Translations under genes and position numbers: made by a program
In this document: in pieces, positions 60,411 through 64,000 of the stretch
How the letters are laid out: every line of letters begins with the position of its first letter
Numbering within the stretch: position 1 is the first letter of the stretch
Assembly (NCBI GenBank): GCA_001662655.1
Contig: KV460208.1
Strand: one strand, 5' to 3'
DNA: 64,000 nt
Source of the DNA: Pseudogymnoascus verrucosus
Taxonomy: Eukaryota
Notes under the pieces: model-generated
Told to the model about the DNA's origin: nothing
The model's database searches: none
Seen by the model: the letters and a program-made list of their open reading frames with translations, nothing else

Positions 60411-61163
60411 TGTCATGAATTGTAAAATAATACACGTACTTATCCGACTAGGGAATTGAATGGGATTGCGGTCCTCTTTTTTTTAATTGTGTAGACGTCA
60501 CCTTCTCATTGATCCTTCCAAACCAGGCGGCGCTAGCATCGAGCAGAAGTGGTAAAGCGAATGAGCCGAACTTCTCTATTTGTCCGCTCAAATAGACCGA
60601 ATTCTACATGCTATTCTACTACGACTTGCGGCCAAGTTGGAAATCGACCGTACCAATAGGATAATTTGTTAGAGGCCAAGGCCCCTGACATCTCCATGCT
60701 CATGGAGATGTGAAAACCTCAGCTACAGAGCCCACCCTGCAGCACAGCCTATATACAATTTGACTGGCGAACAATATTATTTTCTTATGGGTAAGAAAAT
60801 GAGGCCTTGATTCCGACTGAACAGTGATTAGGATTCTGCGGATACGTAGTTGCTTGCATTTATCACTTCAAAAATCAATATCACGTGCTTATGACGTAGA
60901 CAGCCAACGAGGCTGAGTTCAGAAAGCTGATAGCTCAATCGTGGCTTCTCTGTCTTGGGTAACATACATGTTTCAACATCCATATATTCCATCTGAACAC
61001 TTTTGTCAGAATTATTGAAGTCATACTCAAGTTATAGACACGCCTTCATACTCATTGCGCAAAGACAGATAAGCAGCAGAAATCCCGAGCTTCATCATCT
61101 CACCACGACCGATACAACGCGTCAATAACTCTACGAAGCGCCCGCCACCCACGACTCTACAGG

Positions 61164-62021
61164 ATGTCTGGAATCCCAGTATACACGCAGAGCCCGATTA
61201 CGGCAGCAAAGGCAAATGCACCTACACCCCAGACTGCCGGCCCAGAAACCTCTACCAAAGCCTCAGCACCATCTAATAACCCCGCCACAACCACAGCCGT
61301 CCCCACTACAACATCTCCATACGCCCCCCAAACCGGGCAGCCTGCTGTTCCGGCTCCCACAGGCTCGTTAGGTCCCCCAACTGGACCAGCAAATAATTAC
61401 GCGCCCTCGCCCATCACTCCATCTAAGACAGCCGACCAAGGCCCACCCCCGCCGCAGCCAGGAGCTGTACCAACGCCGCCGGGACGAGTGAAGAGCCCGC
61501 TTCCGCCACCACCAAAGGTGGGAGAGAAGTACACACCGCCCGAGCCGGCATCCCAAACTACGAGCCCGCCCTACCCTCCTCAGATGGGATTTGCGCCGCC
61601 GGCGAATCAGTACCAGCCTACGGCGACGGCGTCGCGGCCGACGGGGAACTACCCCACCATGTTGCCGGTGCAGGGCCAGGGGGTTGGCGGCGGTCAAGCG
61701 GAGAGGAGGAGCTTTGAGCATCCGCCTGGTAAGTACTCGTGAATTCTTGGGTTTGGAGGAATAAATGCTGACACTTTTGTAGGATACCAACAGAATCCAT
61801 ACGGAGGAGGTATGTCAGGAGACCAGTATGGTGGTGCGCCCCAACCAAGCCATGGCGCACAGAGTGGACAGAGTGGGCAATGGCATCGTGCAGGGGATAT
61901 GGATGATAATGCCGGGGAAGAGAGTATCTGGGAAACGGCGAAGAAATGGGCTACTACCGCGGGGGGGAAGCTGGCAGAGACGGAAGCAGAGATTTGGAAG
62001 AGAGTTAATGGAGAGAAGTGA
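61164..62021 (+). CDS. Conserved Pro/Thr-rich hypothetical protein, 2 exons
   Basis: MSGIPVYTQSPITAAK..., PPPPQPGAVP, PPPPKVGE, FEHPP/GYQQNPY and SIWETAKKW...KLAETEAEIWKRVNGEK. Intron ~61729-61782. Confidence 0.8.
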
Positions 62022-64000
62022 GGGGTAGTATGACTGGCTCGGAGTCGCCGGTAAGGGCGGGGATGAATGGGATGAGATGGGATGGGATTCTGGTGTCATT
62101 GTGGAGGGGGGAAAGTCTGTTTTAGCACGTGGGGTTTATCCAGAAGTCCAGGAAAGGCATGTGCGATGGGAGGGAGCCTTAGGATGCGAGGAAGCATGTT
62201 TCCTCGGACCGCAGGCGCTCATTCATGCGCACATCGACGCCAAAAGCGGTCTTGACGGACACGAATCAGGCATGGGCCAAAGAACCGCAGAGAACCGCCG
62301 GGAGGCAACAGAATCGTTACTAGGCAACGCGATGGGAACGAATGCGTAGGCGTCGTACTCACCCACGCTACTAGCTTGTGCAAAGTTATCTGTACTATAC
62401 CTTACGTACCTGCGTTTACTTGCCCTGTCCTTGAACAACATCGATGATATAAATGGATCGTCATATTAAACATGCTCTCGCGATTCATGCGTCCCTATAC
62501 CCGCGGGGGTCTGCGATTTGTACTTTCATGCGTTTTTCAGCCGCCAGGCCGTTTTGGGGATGGGAAACATTGGGAGCCAATGAGCGATTGCGCTGTGGGC
62601 TGACGGTATTGTTGGTTCTGGGAGAGGGCCTGGATCCTTGGGGAAGGCCGGATGGAAGAAGTGTGTTGCGATTGGGTTCCTGTTCCTGAGGGTGCCTGGG
62701 GTGTGCCTGGATTGCGTACCTGAGGAGTCAGACGGTATTGTGCTCGAGTATGTGTATGTGGCACGCCAGCCCACAGGAACAATGTGTGTCCAGGACATGC
62801 CAAGCGGCAGGAACAATGTGCGTCCATCTGCTCACCTGACATGTTCTGTGTTGTTGCAATGAAGTCCATCAGCCTTGTAATCAGGTGAACGATGATCGGC
62901 TCGGGAAGAGTCTATCCAGCAACTGGCATCATGTCAGCCTGGAGTTTTATAATAGCACCATAACTGGCATAGGCCTGTCATCCGGGGGCTCCGGCGTCTT
63001 GGCTCCCAGGGAGATCTTACATACCCACCTCCATACGTAGGGCGCAGCGAGAGCAAGGACCACACAGGGCGCGGACGCCTAGAAGCATTTTGGTGGGTGA
63101 TATGGAACGAAGTTATGGTTTCTAATACCGAGGCTCTGCCGAAAGGTTTGATCTAAGAAAATGGCACACTGGTGATGGTGCGGCGGTGCGCTGGCGGGCG
63201 TCGCCAATGGTGGTCTGTTGACAGGGTCGTTGGCGGGGGACAGGGGCGGGATGAGGCAGTGGGAGGTTTCAGATAGTGCGATTCTGAAACATCAGGCTAG
63301 CGACTGGGTGTGCAACCACGATTTACCAAAGTATGGATGAGTGTTTTTTCTGCACCTTTTAGAATGCAATTGGGGCCAGATCCTTCTGGACGGACCATCC
63401 ACGGCACGGCAGATGGCTGTTAATCATTGTCCTGTGCGCTCTTGTCGATTCCTGGGCGAAATCGTTCATCTCGTTTTGCAGTGATCGTCCGACCAAGCTA
63501 TATGCATGGAATGGAAGCATTTAAAGATCGTATAAACCAAGCGGAACCCCACAGACAATGTTGCGATGTTCTCTACTCGGATCACCCTCTGGAGTTGTCG
63601 TGGGAGTGGCTGACGCGCCACGGGGTAGTGTTGTGGTGCCTTCAGTTGAACCTCAAACGACAGGAGGAGCCACACGGCTACGGTGCCGCATTTGGGGGAA
63701 TGATGGTCTGAATCACCTCTCGTTACCATGGCGAACAATTGGACCTTGTTACGGTCGTATGACAAGCGATAGTGTTTTATGTTACGTCTACTGGAGGCCC
63801 ACGAGGAAATATCAGGAACGAGCCGTCCCATTGACGTCCACGACACTCAATCGTCGTCGAAAGGTGGTGAAGACGCGTCCATTTGAAATGATAAGATGCA
63901 TATTAATACTATACCCAAGACCAATGAATACTCAGCCTGTCAACTTACGTGTTGTTGGTGGTCCAGGACGGTAGATGTTGTCCTCGTCGCCTAAACGAGT

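Noticed and set aside
33600..60900. Starship-type giant transposon as carrier of the accessory island
   Set aside because: No DUF3435 tyrosine recombinase or typical auxiliary genes, and no terminal direct repeats identified by eye.
62077..64000. Short ORFs at the right end of the window
   Set aside because: No coherent exon structure or recognisable domain, so left unannotated.

Overview
Intron-containing genomic DNA from a filamentous ascomycete (Pezizomycotina; a Leotiomycete such as Pseudogymnoascus is a plausible but unverified guess). Conserved core genes are the 3' end of an Stm1-like gene, a DNAJC7-like TPR/J co-chaperone, separase, a DUF5321-like protein, a SIRT4-class sirtuin, an MMT1/2-like CDF transporter, LEU2, a PHD-finger protein and a Pro-rich protein. 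Two accessory blocks interrupt them. Block 1 (~1.3-8.9 kb) holds a BuaE-like hypothetical gene, a membrane protein divergent from a Zn2Cys6 TF, and a RIP-like decayed pogo/Fot1 transposase fragment. Block 2 (~33.8-60.4 kb) holds a PL4 rhamnogalacturonan lyase pseudogene, a hydroxyquinol-type aromatic catabolism cluster (C2H2 TF, MFS transporter, intradiol dioxygenase, MhpA-like FAD monooxygenase, maleylacetate reductase), a cupin/Zn2Cys6 pair, and an ARN-type MFS + EGF/GH43-like secreted protein + AraR/XlnR-like TF module. Signals not visible in the ORF track: (i) two tandem, intron-encoded box C/D snoRNAs that look like snR52 (guide for 18S Am420); (ii) a GTCCCRC motif recurring in the aromatic-cluster promoters, matching the site predicted from the cluster's own C2H2 fingers; (iii) a 3x42-bp palindromic array just upstream of the cupin TATA box; (iv) Leu3-, Gcn4-, CreA- and XlnR/AraR-type sites. 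Exon boundaries were read by eye, and no database searches were run.
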